From Saccostrea echinata (Eukaryota): a DNA stretch of 64,000 bases. How positions within the stretch are numbered: position 1 is the first letter of the stretch; the number at the start of each line of letters is the position of its first letter. A model generated the notes under the pieces. That model saw nothing but the letters and a program-made list of their open reading frames with translations. It made no database searches and had not been told where the DNA came from. This document shows positions 52,381-64,000 of the stretch, in pieces. The translations under genes and the position numbers were made by a program. The stretch spans positions 62,496,001-62,560,000 of the forward strand of contig NW_026889803.1 of NCBI RefSeq assembly GCF_033153115.1, read 5' to 3'.

Positions 52381-53258
52381 ATATAACTGCAAAGCATCAC
52401 TTTTATCCGTAATTTATCAGTTTACTGAAGGTGTATCTAAAGAGGAGTACAAAAGAGCATTTTAGAATTGCATTTCACTTCTGGAGAAGTCTGTGCAATA
52501 TACCAGTGTTTAGGTAGGTAGGTAGGTAGGTAGGTAGGTAGATGCAATGAGCACCACAACAAAACTGAACTTTGACCAAGATAGAGCTTTATTTTGAAAT
52601 GTATTAGTTTATTTGAAATATTTTCAAAGTTCATAACACATTCTCAAAAACAGAGAAAAAAAAAAGACTGTATCATTAAATACATGTACATGTATAATTA
52701 TGTGAAATTCAAATCTATCATAAACAATATTTTAGAGAAAATTAACATTAGTATTCACGTGATAATAAAGCCTCTCATTCTCTCTCTCTCTCTGGCGACA
52801 TTTTCAAACTTTTTTTCAACTAGAATCGAACACTGCTCTTTTTTTTTGTGGGGGGGGGGGGGGGGGTTTACTATTGTTGAGCAAATAGGACACCCAAATT
52901 AAGAGATTTTTGATCGGGATCGACATACCCAATTATATTTTTGTAAATAGCATAAGCGGTCACCGTCATAACCAAAACATTCAAAATTTTGATTTTGTCT
53001 TTATATTCTCCTTTTATCAGGGGGAAATATATGGCACTCTAAAACATTTGCTTACATTGAGCATTTGTGATTTTGTATTGTGTAGTCACCTGAGACAATA
53101 CCGCAGGCAGTACGCAAAGAGATCGCATTCGAGAATATTGTTCACAACAGCATGTTCATACTTGTGCGAGGAGCAGGTCGCATGAATAAATGAATAGTTG
53201 AGACAGTGCGTCTTTTTTCACATGAATTAACTTCATGTACGTGTAATAAGGACTTATT

Positions 53259-56200
53259 ATGGCATTTCAACAAAACCAACTACAGTTCAACGTTGGTGTC
53301 CCAACATACACAGAAAATTTAGCCTTTCGTCACCATCGACCTGGAGCAATTATCGTAGAAAAACCTGTTGTACAACAAGCTTCGTCTGTGTTTATCCCGC
53401 GACAAAATGTTTCTCACGTCACTCGAGGTAAAAATTTCTTTGTCCATTCTGTTAAGTATTTTTTCCACTCTATAATTATCGCTCTAAATTTTAAACTACA
53501 TTTTATCAATTTGTCTTTCTTTAGACTGAATAGAAACATATACTGAATAATGAATGAATTCCAAATTGTTAATAAATATTATTTATTTGTGTTATAATTA
53601 TTTCAGAGGTTAATTCAAGTTCCTTGTCAAGTGATAGAATGGAAATAGCATTGAAACTGGCCCAGAGAGATATAAAAAAACAGAGAGAATTAGAGAGAAT
53701 GCAGGCACTGAAAGGAAAAAGTAGATCTCCATCACCAAAATCATCTCGGACAAGGACAATTCCAGGGCAAAGATTTTGGAACAAAAATCAAAGAAGGCGT
53801 GATCCCAAAAAGGAAAACCGAGTTTTAACAGTACGAGAGCATGACAGGAATCGCCAACCAAAAGAAACTCGAACACAGACCCCACCCAGAGCACCAAAGT
53901 ATGAGGGGAGGGTACCAGATCCAAACTTTCCTGGTATATAATATCTCTTGAGTATCATCTTAAGATTTCACTTTTGTAAATCATGCATTGATGTAAGTGT
54001 TTTGCTTGAAGTTCAGCTCTTATGAGTTATGAGATAGGATTTAATGTAAGATTTTTGCTAAAATTTTTGTATTTTGGTTTGATAAAATAAAACAGTTATT
54101 CAACCAATTTGGGTCAACAGTGGAGTATTTTGATATCAAATTATGTTTTTCTTTTTTAAAATTATTATTATTTAGTTTCATCGAATTCCCCACCATCAAA
54201 AGACACAGACTTAAAAATTTATCCAATAAGAAAGCTTCCTCCAAGTGACCAGCCAGCCAAAGAGATCGAAAGGCTTCAGCGAGAAATGGAATCTTATTTA
54301 CAGCAGATACAGGTCATTGAGCAGAGAGCAATGAGGGGTAAATATATGTTTTATTTATTGACTTCTCTTTGAAAGATTCAAGGGGTATCAAAGGGTAACA
54401 TACAAACTATTTAGTTTTGCTCTAAACCTGTATGAGAGTATATAAAGAGGTGAACACCAAACAAAATTAATGAGCTGTATCTCTTAGCTAAAAGGTTTGA
54501 GGTGTCATAAGGACCAAAAGCTTGCTTTATTTTATCAGTGATTTTTTTCTACCCATTGGGAAAGGGTCTGATACTGGTTCAATTGGGAAAAATAGCATCG
54601 AAGTAGAACAAAGAATTTTCTTCCTGTCATTTAAACAAATGAAACGTATTTTGCGTTTATTATAACCTCATTACCTATTATTTCGTGTTTTAAAGAATAA
54701 ACAATAAGTATTTATTGTTTTTCATATCAATGTCCCTTGTTGTCACATTTTCAAGCTTTCAGTTTTTCAAAATGTAGGACACTACGCTGTCTACACCATA
54801 GGTCCCGGCATATTACGACTTATCTCTACTTTCGAATTAAGCAGAAGTGAAACAATTACTGTATATACTCAGCTATAAGTCAGTTTTTTGGGAGTTAAAC
54901 TTTGGTCCAAAAATCTTTGTCCGACTTATAGGTGAGTTATAAAAAGACTGGTATTTTAGCGGGTCAATCCATCTAATATAAACCTAAAAAATACAACTGA
55001 CTTAAGCGGACCGACCTATAAGCGAGTATATACAGTAGTCAACTTGTACAGTAAAATATGATGTCTTCATAGTCTGTTGCTTGGCGGTGGAATTGGGAAT
55101 TTTTAGTCTCAAAACTGGGAAAAACTAACGTTTTTTGGCATTGGGAATGGTACCGTTTATCGGTACCAGTTATATAAGGAAAAAAAATGTTGTTTATACA
55201 CGTATTTGGGAATACAATTTAATCAAGAGATTAACAAAAATAAAATGGACATTAAAGGGTAAAAAAATGTGGCTTTCTATTTTGGTGTATGAGTATATAC
55301 ATTGTCATCATGCTTCTAATGTATTCATGTTGTGGTGTAATTTAAAAAAAAAATATTAGCATACATTTTTTTTCTTGAATTCAGAGCAGTCCATGGATTT
55401 TCTTCAACACAAGTCTAAGAAGAAGAAGGGTTATCTCCCAGACGAGGAGGACAGTGAGAGGAAACAGGTTCGAAGTGAAGAGATCCAAACTCGAGCTGCG
55501 AGACAGCTGTATGTTCTTAGACAGCAGGTACGAGAGGTTCAGAACCAGCTAATCAGAGGGGAACCAGACAAACTGAAGCACACTAAGAAAGTAAGAGAAA
55601 GTTTTGTTTTGAATTTCTATTCTGGAAGAAAAAAAGTAATTTGGTAATGAATTGAATGATAAAATATCACTGGAATAAGTGGTTGTTCTGAGATGTGATC
55701 TAGACAATCATTCTATATTATCTTTTCATAAGCATGAAGTGATAAAAAAAAAGTTCATTGTTAAAACATAGAAGAAAAGTTGCAGAAATAATATGTCAAG
55801 TAATGGGCAGTTTCATTTGTTTAATTAAATGTACAGAGCCAGATCATGGCACGTTTGGCCGCAGCCCACCGTGGAGCGGTGAGAGCAGTCCAGTCATTTG
55901 TAAACAGCTTACCCTTCACAGATCTACAGAGAGGACTACCCAGCAGTTACCAGGAGTTAGCCCTCCTAATCAGACAGATGTCACTTCTGAGCACCCAGCT
56001 TAGTGTGGATGACAAGTCCAGTGTCCATCAAGATCTGCTGACCATGCTGGACAGAGTAGATGTGCGTATTTATATTACAATTATATAGTATTTTGAAAAT
56101 TGTTATTGAAATACTTTATTAAGTGGAAGAAGGTTATTTAAGTGCAAGAATTTTTTAAAAGAACTTTCGAAGTATAAAATTAAGATGATTACATGTAGTT

Positions 56201-59200
56201 CTAAAATTTTAAGCATTGTTTGCCTTTTTTTGCAGGAGTTGAACAAGGCTTGGTGTGCAAAAGTCCAGACCTCTGGTAAAGCAGAAGGTGGTTCTCGACA
56301 GAAGTCCCCTCCCCGGCCTCCATTTGAAGTCCCCAAACCTGTCAATCAAACCAAACCAACATTTGTATCACATAAAGGCAAAGAGAACAGAGCTAGAAAA
56401 GGTACATCCTCCTAATATACTGACATGTAGACTGATAACATATAAAAACTAATACATTGTGTATCAAGTCATTATTTTGTACTACTTGTTATGAACATAA
56501 CAGTAGATTTTTTTGATTTTTTTGTTTTTTATTTTTGGTTAAATAGGTGTTTTGATCACCAGGAAACCAGCCAAAGTTACAAAAAGAGCACAGCAAGGTT
56601 AGAATTATGTGTTCTGATTATTTTGTCATAAAGCATTTGTACAAACTAAATTACAGAATACCTTTATTTGCAAATCCCTAGTTGGACATATCTCTTATAG
56701 AATACAAAACTTTAGGGAGGATATAGATCTCTTCATGTCCTTCCTGCATTGTAATTTAACTTAGAATGTCTATAACTGAAGTTCTGCCTGCCATCTGTAG
56801 GTAGAACACTGACACCAGAGAGGAGGGCAACTCTACAGGCCGGAATAGCAGCATTGATGCAGGGAGATAAACAGAAGAGCCTCACTGATCTTACAGAGGG
56901 AGGTAAACAGACTAGCAATGCTGGAATGGCCTGGGAGATTCCAATAAGTAAACCCAAAAAGAGCCTCATCATCCCAGGAAAATTACAAGTAAATTGTTCA
57001 TACAAAGTTAGAGCATATGTAATAATTCAGTGTGTAGATCATATAGTGGAATTATAGTGACTAATGTCACTCATATAATTTGAAACAAAAAATAGGATTT
57101 CTCTTTTTATTGCCATTAAGGTATGAAATTGAAGAAAACTTATCTCATACAATTGTATTTGTAATTTAAGCACTAATAGAATTTACCTTTGTTTGCTCAG
57201 GCTAAACGAGACAAGGCTCAGAAACCTGTGATCAAGTCTGTGCCAGAGACACATTATGCTGACCCCACCGTGGCCTCCCAGCTCAAAGTGACCACCCCTT
57301 ACTTACAGGGAACAGTCTTAGAGAGGTCGTTTTCTGCTCCTCCGTCCCCAAGGTAGGTATCCAGTAAAGGTACCTAGCTAAAAGATTTATTTGTGATCAT
57401 GTGAAATTTCAGGATATTGTTTAAATGTTTTGTTTGTAATATTTTTTTATAGAGGTTACAATATCAGTCCAGATAGTCCTTTACATGGAGCCTGGAAACC
57501 TGCAGGTAAAACTCCAACTCAGACGAGGAGAACTCGGTCTCAGAGTCCACAGTCTGCCCGACGAAAGATTTTGTCACAGGACGTAGATGAAAGTGTTATT
57601 CAGTAAGCTTTTGCTATTTCATTTATACTTTGTTCTTCAGCTATGGAGGATAAAAAGTTGATGATGTTAGGGTGATACTAAGACAAATTTGAATGAAACA
57701 ACCACAAAAATGACCACTTCTCACTTTCAGTTACTACCTTGAAGACTTTACTCTTTAAGTGTTTGTGATGGAAATGATTATTTTATCTCCATTGGAGATG
57801 TACAGTGTTCTGTATCTCTTGTACATATTTGTAGACATAAGAATTTTTTTTTCAGAAACCTCTACCTTGATGCCTTTTCTAGCCCGAACCAGGTAAGACA
57901 GATTTTGAGATTCTGAATATTAACACTATACTTATATACTACATTGTTTAAAGGATTGATGAAACCTGAGAAAATAATGTCCATAAAATGGTTAAAATTT
58001 TCCTATGAATGAAATTCTACAATGTAAGAACAGTATTTTAAATAGTTTGGTAAACAAGTTTTTATGTTCTACTATTCAGGCATTTCAAGTATGAACATAT
58101 GTTTGAACTAAATATAACAACTTCATAATTTTGATACCTAACTTTTTGCAGTCCATGGAGTTACAGAACAGAGGAAGATCTCCCACCAGACAAAGGTGAG
58201 GACATTACAGTTGTTTAAAATCACAGAAATCACATATAGTTTCTTTTTAAGTGTATTTATTGTTATAAAATATATTTTTATCCTGCTTGTAAAATATCTT
58301 TCTTTCTTTTTTTAACCATAACAGACGTCAGTTCAGCAGGTCCCCAGAGGGTTTAGTAACGGAGGCAGAGATGGCAATCAGAATGAGACTGAAACCATTG
58401 TTGGAACAGGCTGAGGTACACAAAATCAATTTTTATAACTGTTTATTTTCAAATTTAATGTTATAAGACTGAGCTACTCAGATTTATACAGTCCCTCTTG
58501 TACTTGTATCTGCAATAACTCGGGTCATCGTAATTCACAGTAACTTTCTGTTTTATGTATACAATAACTATGCACCTGTAATGCTAGTAACTTTCTGTTT
58601 TTTACAGTTGAAAAGTAATCATAGTCTGTTATTTGTAGAAAATGGCAGCCAGACAGGAACGTTTGTTAGCCACAAAAGATGTCTCTGCAAGACAGAAGTT
58701 AGCAGACAAGGCATACAACAATGTAAAGGGAACCTTTCATAGTCATAAACATTTTGTATCAAGCAATATAAAAAGCAACAACAAGCTTATAAATACAGCT
58801 TTTTTGTTACATATACATGTATTACTGTTGTAAATATCTATACATAACACTGCATTGAGATCTATGTACTTTAAAGTATTTTAAATTTATTGTTTAGAAT
58901 TATTTCTCTATGTTTCAAATTGAAAATCTGGATAAGGTGCTATAAATAGATGTTCTTGTCTTTGAAGGTTGAAGCTCATGGAGACGTTCTCGCTGAGATG
59001 ATTTTGAATGACATCATCAGGGACACTGCCGAGGAACTGGAGAATTTAGAAATGTCCGAGCGAGCCGGGTGTGAAGCCATCAGACTACAAAACAACCCCA
59101 CTCTGGAGAACGTGTTCCAGAGACTAGAGCAGATGGAGGTATGTGGGTGTATGTCAAATAAACACACAGTCAAACCTTGTTATCTGGAACTTCATGGGGC

Positions 59201-60980
59201 TGAGATATTTGAGGATCCGAGATATTGAGGTTAAAATACATAAAGAAAAAGTGGTTGGGACTTCAGACCACTTCAACATATCCATGGTATTTGAGATATC
59301 TATGTTAGAGATGCCAAAATTTAACTTTATTATATTGTGGCAGACTTTCTAAAACATTCAGTGCAGGTAAAACATTTGTATTTAGAACATCTGTAGCCTT
59401 CAAGTGTACATCAGAAGTACATTATTGTAGATTTCTTCTTACAGTGTCTTGAAATGTTTTTCTTTTCTTGTCTTAACAATGTAACAATGAAAATAAAAGT
59501 GTAACCGAAATGAATAATAACAAAATGTTAAGGTTTTGAGGAAGTAAGTCAACAATCAGTTTGTGAAAGAAGCAAGATTTCCATTTCATAGAGTGTCGTT
59601 CAGTTACATATATTCTCATGTGGTCTTTTATCATTCAGCAAGAGCAGTTTGAGATCAGAAGGCGCTGGGCCACACTGGAGTTTGAGGAAGCAGGATCAAA
59701 TCTGAGGTCCAAAAGACAAACTGGTCAGTCACTTTATGTTTACCAGATTATATTGTCATGCCTAGATTCTTTTTATGTGTAGCCATTGGTACTAGAAGTT
59801 AATTTGTTTTACTTAGTTAAAAGATACTATTAACATTAATTGTTATTACATGTACAATGTACTTGTTGATGGAGTTTGATTCAATTTAGGCACAAGAAAT
59901 ACATCTTAAAGCTTAAAATGTAAATATAAAAATTAAGTGAAGGTTTTGGGGTTTACGAGGTATTATGTACACCAGAGGACATGGTTATTCAGTGACACAA
60001 AAATTATCTTTCAGCATTATCTCAAGTTTCTAAGCCACATGCACCTGTTGCCATGGAAATCACCAGGAACAGTGGGCCTAGCATAATTGGCCAAAAGAAC
60101 TTGTATGTATTTGGCAGAAAAATTATATAAAAGTGCTCTTCAATTTCAGAATGAATTTTTTGTAAATTTAATTTTTTTGTTTGTCATGAGAAGAGCATAT
60201 ATGTATGTAGTGCAAGAGTGAGGTAAACTTCATTATATTACAGGTATCAACAAGAGTTCAAGGAAGACCAGCCAATCATATTTACAAAATTCAAACCTGA
60301 ACCAAAGTTTGTACAGAATAGAGTTGTACAGGAGGAGGAGGGTGCCAGTATAGGAGACACCAGTAAAAAAGTGGAGATAACTCTGGCTAAAAATGTGGTG
60401 GATAATATCCACAGTTATGTGGAGAAATATGAGAGACATTTGAGGAAAACATCTCACCAGATTCAGGGGAAATTTGATCCATGGAAATTAGTAGAAGAGT
60501 AAGCAAGCTTTCATTGATTATAATGTGAAAACAACATCTTCATTTGATGAAAATTCATTTAGAAATTATGATTGATTTTAAATATTATAGAGAAGTGCTA
60601 TCACCTTTTTTGTGATTTACAGAGTTTCTGATCAAGTATTAGAGGATTGTTTGAAGGAAGTGTCTGAGGAGTTGGAGGATATTAATGAAGCAGCTGTTAA
60701 CCAACTCTGTAAATCTGAATTCATGATCAATACCACCCTGAACAGCACACAGACTTCACCTGGCTTCACCCCCGGGGGTTCACCCCACCAGAGCCCCACC
60801 CACTCTCCAGGTGGGTATGTCTCAGTGGCCTCTCCTAATGGGGCTGTAAAGGTGGTAGCCTTCAGTGAAAAAGAGGATCTAGTCTCTGCCTCTCAGGAAG
60901 AACTTACAATATCAGAGGAAATGACTGAAGACGATGAGGATGAGGATGATTATGAAGATGATTATGAAGAAGAGAACTGA
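53259..60980 (+). CDS. KIAA0753: Protein moonraker (KIAA0753/OFIP) homolog, 19 exons: 53259-53427,53607-53933,54176-54337,55385-55590,55837-56061,56236-56401,56547-56597,56801-56988,57201-57352,57453-57602,57856-57892,58152-58195,58325-58415,58639-58722,58968-59138,59639-59723,60015-60102,60244-60498,60623-60980; ~1002 aa
   Basis: Diagnostic blocks QNQLQFN..PT...NLA.R...P.AI..EK, S.DRMEIALKLAQRDIKK, RLAAAHRGAVRAVQSFV, PTLENVFQRLEQME..Q.EIRRRW and YERHLRKTSH...GKFDPWKLVE. All introns are GT-AG, phases are compatible and the total is 3009 nt. Confidence 0.9.
54859..55035. mobile_element. Tc2/pogo-type MITE with TA TSD
   Basis: TA-CTGTATATACTCAGCTATAAG ... CTATAAGCGAGTATATACAG-TA. Confidence 0.85.
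59167..59328. mobile_element. Degenerate pogo/Tigger-like MITE
   Basis: CAGTCAAACCTTGTTATCTGGAAC start, internal TTGAGATATC repeats, decayed right TIR. Confidence 0.5.
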
Positions 60981-62679
60981 TGAGTGTAGTTGATGTAAAT
61001 TCTAATGAGTATATTTATAGGCATGTAAATTATTTTAGTTTTATAACTTTGTAATTTATGTATAGTTATATATTTCAAATTATTTGAAAATACAATCTGG
61101 AATCTATATATTTACACATTTACATGTAGAAAGTATGAAATTGAAACAAAAATTCGAAGAGTTTCGGTAAATAATAAAAATTAATCCTCTATCTCTCTAT
61201 CTTGAACTGTAATATACACTGAAATTTTTTCTGTTCAATAAATCAATATTTATTACATTTCCTATATTGAAATATTTTCACTGTGAAGATATAAAAATCA
61301 TGACTGAACTCCAGATTTTTCTTCCCTTCAGGAAAGTGTTATAATAAAGAAATTTTTTTCTATAAATAGCAAGAGTAAATAAACCATTCTTACATGTATG
61401 ATTAAAACTGCCAAAGTTTCTCCAAATTGTTAATATCCAAGTTTACATTTTTCAGTCTATATTTTGCTTAGATATTACGTCTCTCAACTGCTCAGCTATG
61501 ATGTCATAGCCTATTAAACTGCATAACAAAAAAGAAAAACCAAACAAAATGTTCACTTGTGAGACAGGATTTTTTTTTTCACTTGTGCTTTGCACTTGTA
61601 AAAATATTAAATTGAAAAATTTAAAATATATTAAAAAATCCTGTCTCATTGATGAAATAAATTCCATATCCAACTACAAAACATTGAGTATCCTCTGTTT
61701 TAAAAATGTATGTACCGGTATATTGGAATTGCTCTTGAAATTTCTTGATAGTAATTTACTTAAATAAAAGATAGTGTATAGAAGTTTGGTTGTACAAACA
61801 TTGTTTGAATACCTGTTTTATGCTTCAGCAGTGTTCCAAGAAAGGTTTTCTTCTGTGATATTTTTTTTTTATAATTTAACTCTTAAAATGAAGTTATTTA
61901 TGTTAAATAAATCTGTAATGTATAACGTGTATGTACTTGTATTTAGTATAATTAAAATATTGGTAATTGTTGTAATTATCAGGACTTTTCTTTCCTATTC
62001 AACATATTTCCATTTTGATTTTGCCAAGTTGTTTGATGGCCTATTCCCTTTTTCAAGGTGAAATAAATAAAACAAAAATGTTAAGACAGTGTCATTTATA
62101 ATTCACAGATGCATAAAAGATAAAATTATGTGGAAGCTTCCTCATGTTGTTTAGATTAACATCCCATCCCCTTTGATTTGTCTGTTCTCGGGGGACCAAA
62201 TCAACAAACATTGAGGTCTTTTTTGTGAAAATACTCTAAAATGCTTTTATTTTTTGTGGCTAATTTGAATCAATCTTAAATGATAAAAAAATGTTCGAGC
62301 AATGTGTTAGTCACCGCATAAATATAGGTTTCTTACATGACCACAATTCATTGAAAAAGCATAATCAGTTAACGAAGTTTTACATTGTTGTCATAAGTGT
62401 TCAAAATATTCAATTTATACCGTTTATGTTTGGAAAAAAGTTGAAAACTAAAATATGCAAAAAATTCGTTAAAATCAACATAAGTTATAAGGTATCGTTG
62501 TAAAATATCGGGATATAAATAAGGTTGACACGTGATCAGAACTTCCCTAAAGCCGCTTTGTAGTAGATATGATCAGTAATCACACTGTTAACCCGTACAT
62601 GTATTTATATCCCTGTAGATATTTTTATGATACCGTATTTTTTTTAAATATTAACACGTCTTGCATATAAATAACAAGT

Positions 62680-62985
62680 TAAAGAACATTAATAACATGT
62701 ATTAAACATAATTCACAAGATTTAGAAAATCAATAACAAAGTACAAATTCTTCGAGTATAAATCTCACTATTTTGCTTATTAATAACACGTTTACGAATA
62801 TGAATAACAATTATGAACCTAAATTTACAGTGTAAATCTCAAGTTAACAAATTCTTAGAATATAAATCACAATACACGTATTTCGCATATTAATAACAAG
62901 TTTACGAATATGAATAACAATTATCGAATATAATCACAATACTTAGAATATGAATCAAGTTTACGAATATAAATAGCAACCTTTC
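62680..62985. repeat. Degenerate short tandem repeat
   Basis: Recurrent AATAACAAGTTTACGAATATGAAT / AATCACAA units. Confidence 0.7.
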
Positions 62986-63015
62986 TATTATAATATATAT
63001 TTAAAGTAAACAACA

Positions 63016-63348
63016 TCATTCAATCTCATCAACTTCCTGTAAAGTCAACTGAGTGCCACTGATCTGTTGGGATTTTGACTTTCTGGTTGACCTTTGATTT
63101 TGACCTTGTTTTAAGACCTTTAATTCTAACCCAGAGTTAGTTGCCTCTGCTTCCCTCCTCTCGTTAGTTACATTTTCAGACTTTGATGCCTTATTTGTTA
63201 CAGGATGCCCCGACATGTCCGTTATATCTGGGTAATATTTTTTATCATCAAAATAGTCCCAGTTGTCAATGATCTCTGTTGTACAGCCATCTTTATTGCT
63301 TTTAAGTCTGTGTACTGGTATCGACACACTGGACGAACTGCAACCCAT
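63016..63348 (-). CDS. Small hypothetical protein (~110 aa) with N-terminal MGCxxS myristoylation/palmitoylation motif
   Basis: ORF MGCSSSSVSIPV...EVDEIE*, hydrophilic and more GC-rich than its flanks, preceded by the splice acceptor TTACATTGCAG at ~63379. Confidence 0.55.
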   Translation of the reverse strand: MGCSSSSVSIPVHRLKSNKDGCTTEIIDNWDYFDDKKYYPDITDMSGHPVTNKASKSENVTNERREAEATNSGLELKVLKQGQNQRSTRKSKSQQISGTQLTLQEVDEIE

Positions 63349-63654
63349 TGCTGACAATAAGGAAATGGACTTTTCTCCTGCAATGTAAGAGGAGATATAT
63401 CAGATGTCATTAGAGTCGGACACGATGGAATTGTTGATTAAGGATATCTAAATTAATGCTGGAAATGCGTGATAGTAACACTTATTCAAGCGGAGAGAAC
63501 AGCAGTGTATATATGTATATATAAATTTTCATAAATTCCCACTGCTTGATGTATTGTCTCTCTTAATATTAAGGTTGTCTCTTCACATTAACCCCTTTAA
63601 TCTTTCTATATTAGGTAATTCATACGAATCTTGATAAAATTGTATTCAATAAAT

Positions 63655-64000
63655 AAGATGAAGATAAAAGGAGATCAGTTTCATAAACCTCAGAGTAGGA
63701 GACAGGTACCTAGAGGAGTAAGCCTGTCGACCGATCACACCTGCCGTGATCCATCTGTACTGATCAGGTAAACGGAATAATCCGTAGTTAAAATTAGTAT
63801 GAAAATAATTATGAAGTTAAGTCAAAATTCGACCCAACAACAGGTTGTGTTTGCAAAAAAAATTATTATAACGACCATAGAATTTGCGAAATGCTGATTT
63901 TAAGCTAGGTTGTTGAAATCCCTGTATCATCAACTTCTTTGTCACTAGACTGTTTTGGCCAAAAAATTGATCGTTCTCAGAGCATGCCCATGAGTATTGC
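63655..64000 (-). mobile_element. Penelope-like 3' end running off the window
   Basis: Degenerate 3' motif at 63692-63746 and a thumb region (..AFRKFYGRYN..). Confidence 0.75.

Noticed and set aside
60047-60060. RFX X-box-like GTTGCCATGGAAAT
   Set aside because: It lies within a late coding exon of KIAA0753, not a promoter, and I saw no convincing X-box upstream.

Overview
AT-rich, intron-containing animal genomic DNA. The repeat content (Helentron-type elements with ~166-bp satellite cores, tRNA-derived SINEs, Penelope-like RT relics) points to a bivalve, probably an oyster; this is an inference. I could assemble four spliced genes with phase-consistent GT-AG introns: an FBXW5-like F-box/WD40 gene (-, 7 exons), a RING/B-box/coiled-coil TRIM gene (+, 2 coding exons), a two-pore K2P potassium channel (+, 3 coding exons) and KIAA0753/Moonraker (+, 19 exons). 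A short orphan ORF with an MGCxxS acylation start lies on the - strand at ~63.2 kb. The rest is densely nested transposon DNA: Naiad-type Penelope-like fragments, Helentron-type non-autonomous elements, Ginger1-like CCGG-target elements, hAT/Tc2/pogo MITEs, Sola2 and mariner relics, SINEs with TSDs, minisatellites and one 131-N gap. I found no clearly novel multi-gene system. The best leads are (i) a ~335-bp element whose interior carries an exact 23-nt reverse complement of its own end-to-start circle junction, (ii) a recurrent, potentially structured k-turn/SECIS-core-like RNA motif at the 3' end of the Penelope-like elements, (iii) a cluster of LC8/DYNLL-type motifs in the TRIM tail and (iv) the acylated orphan ORF.
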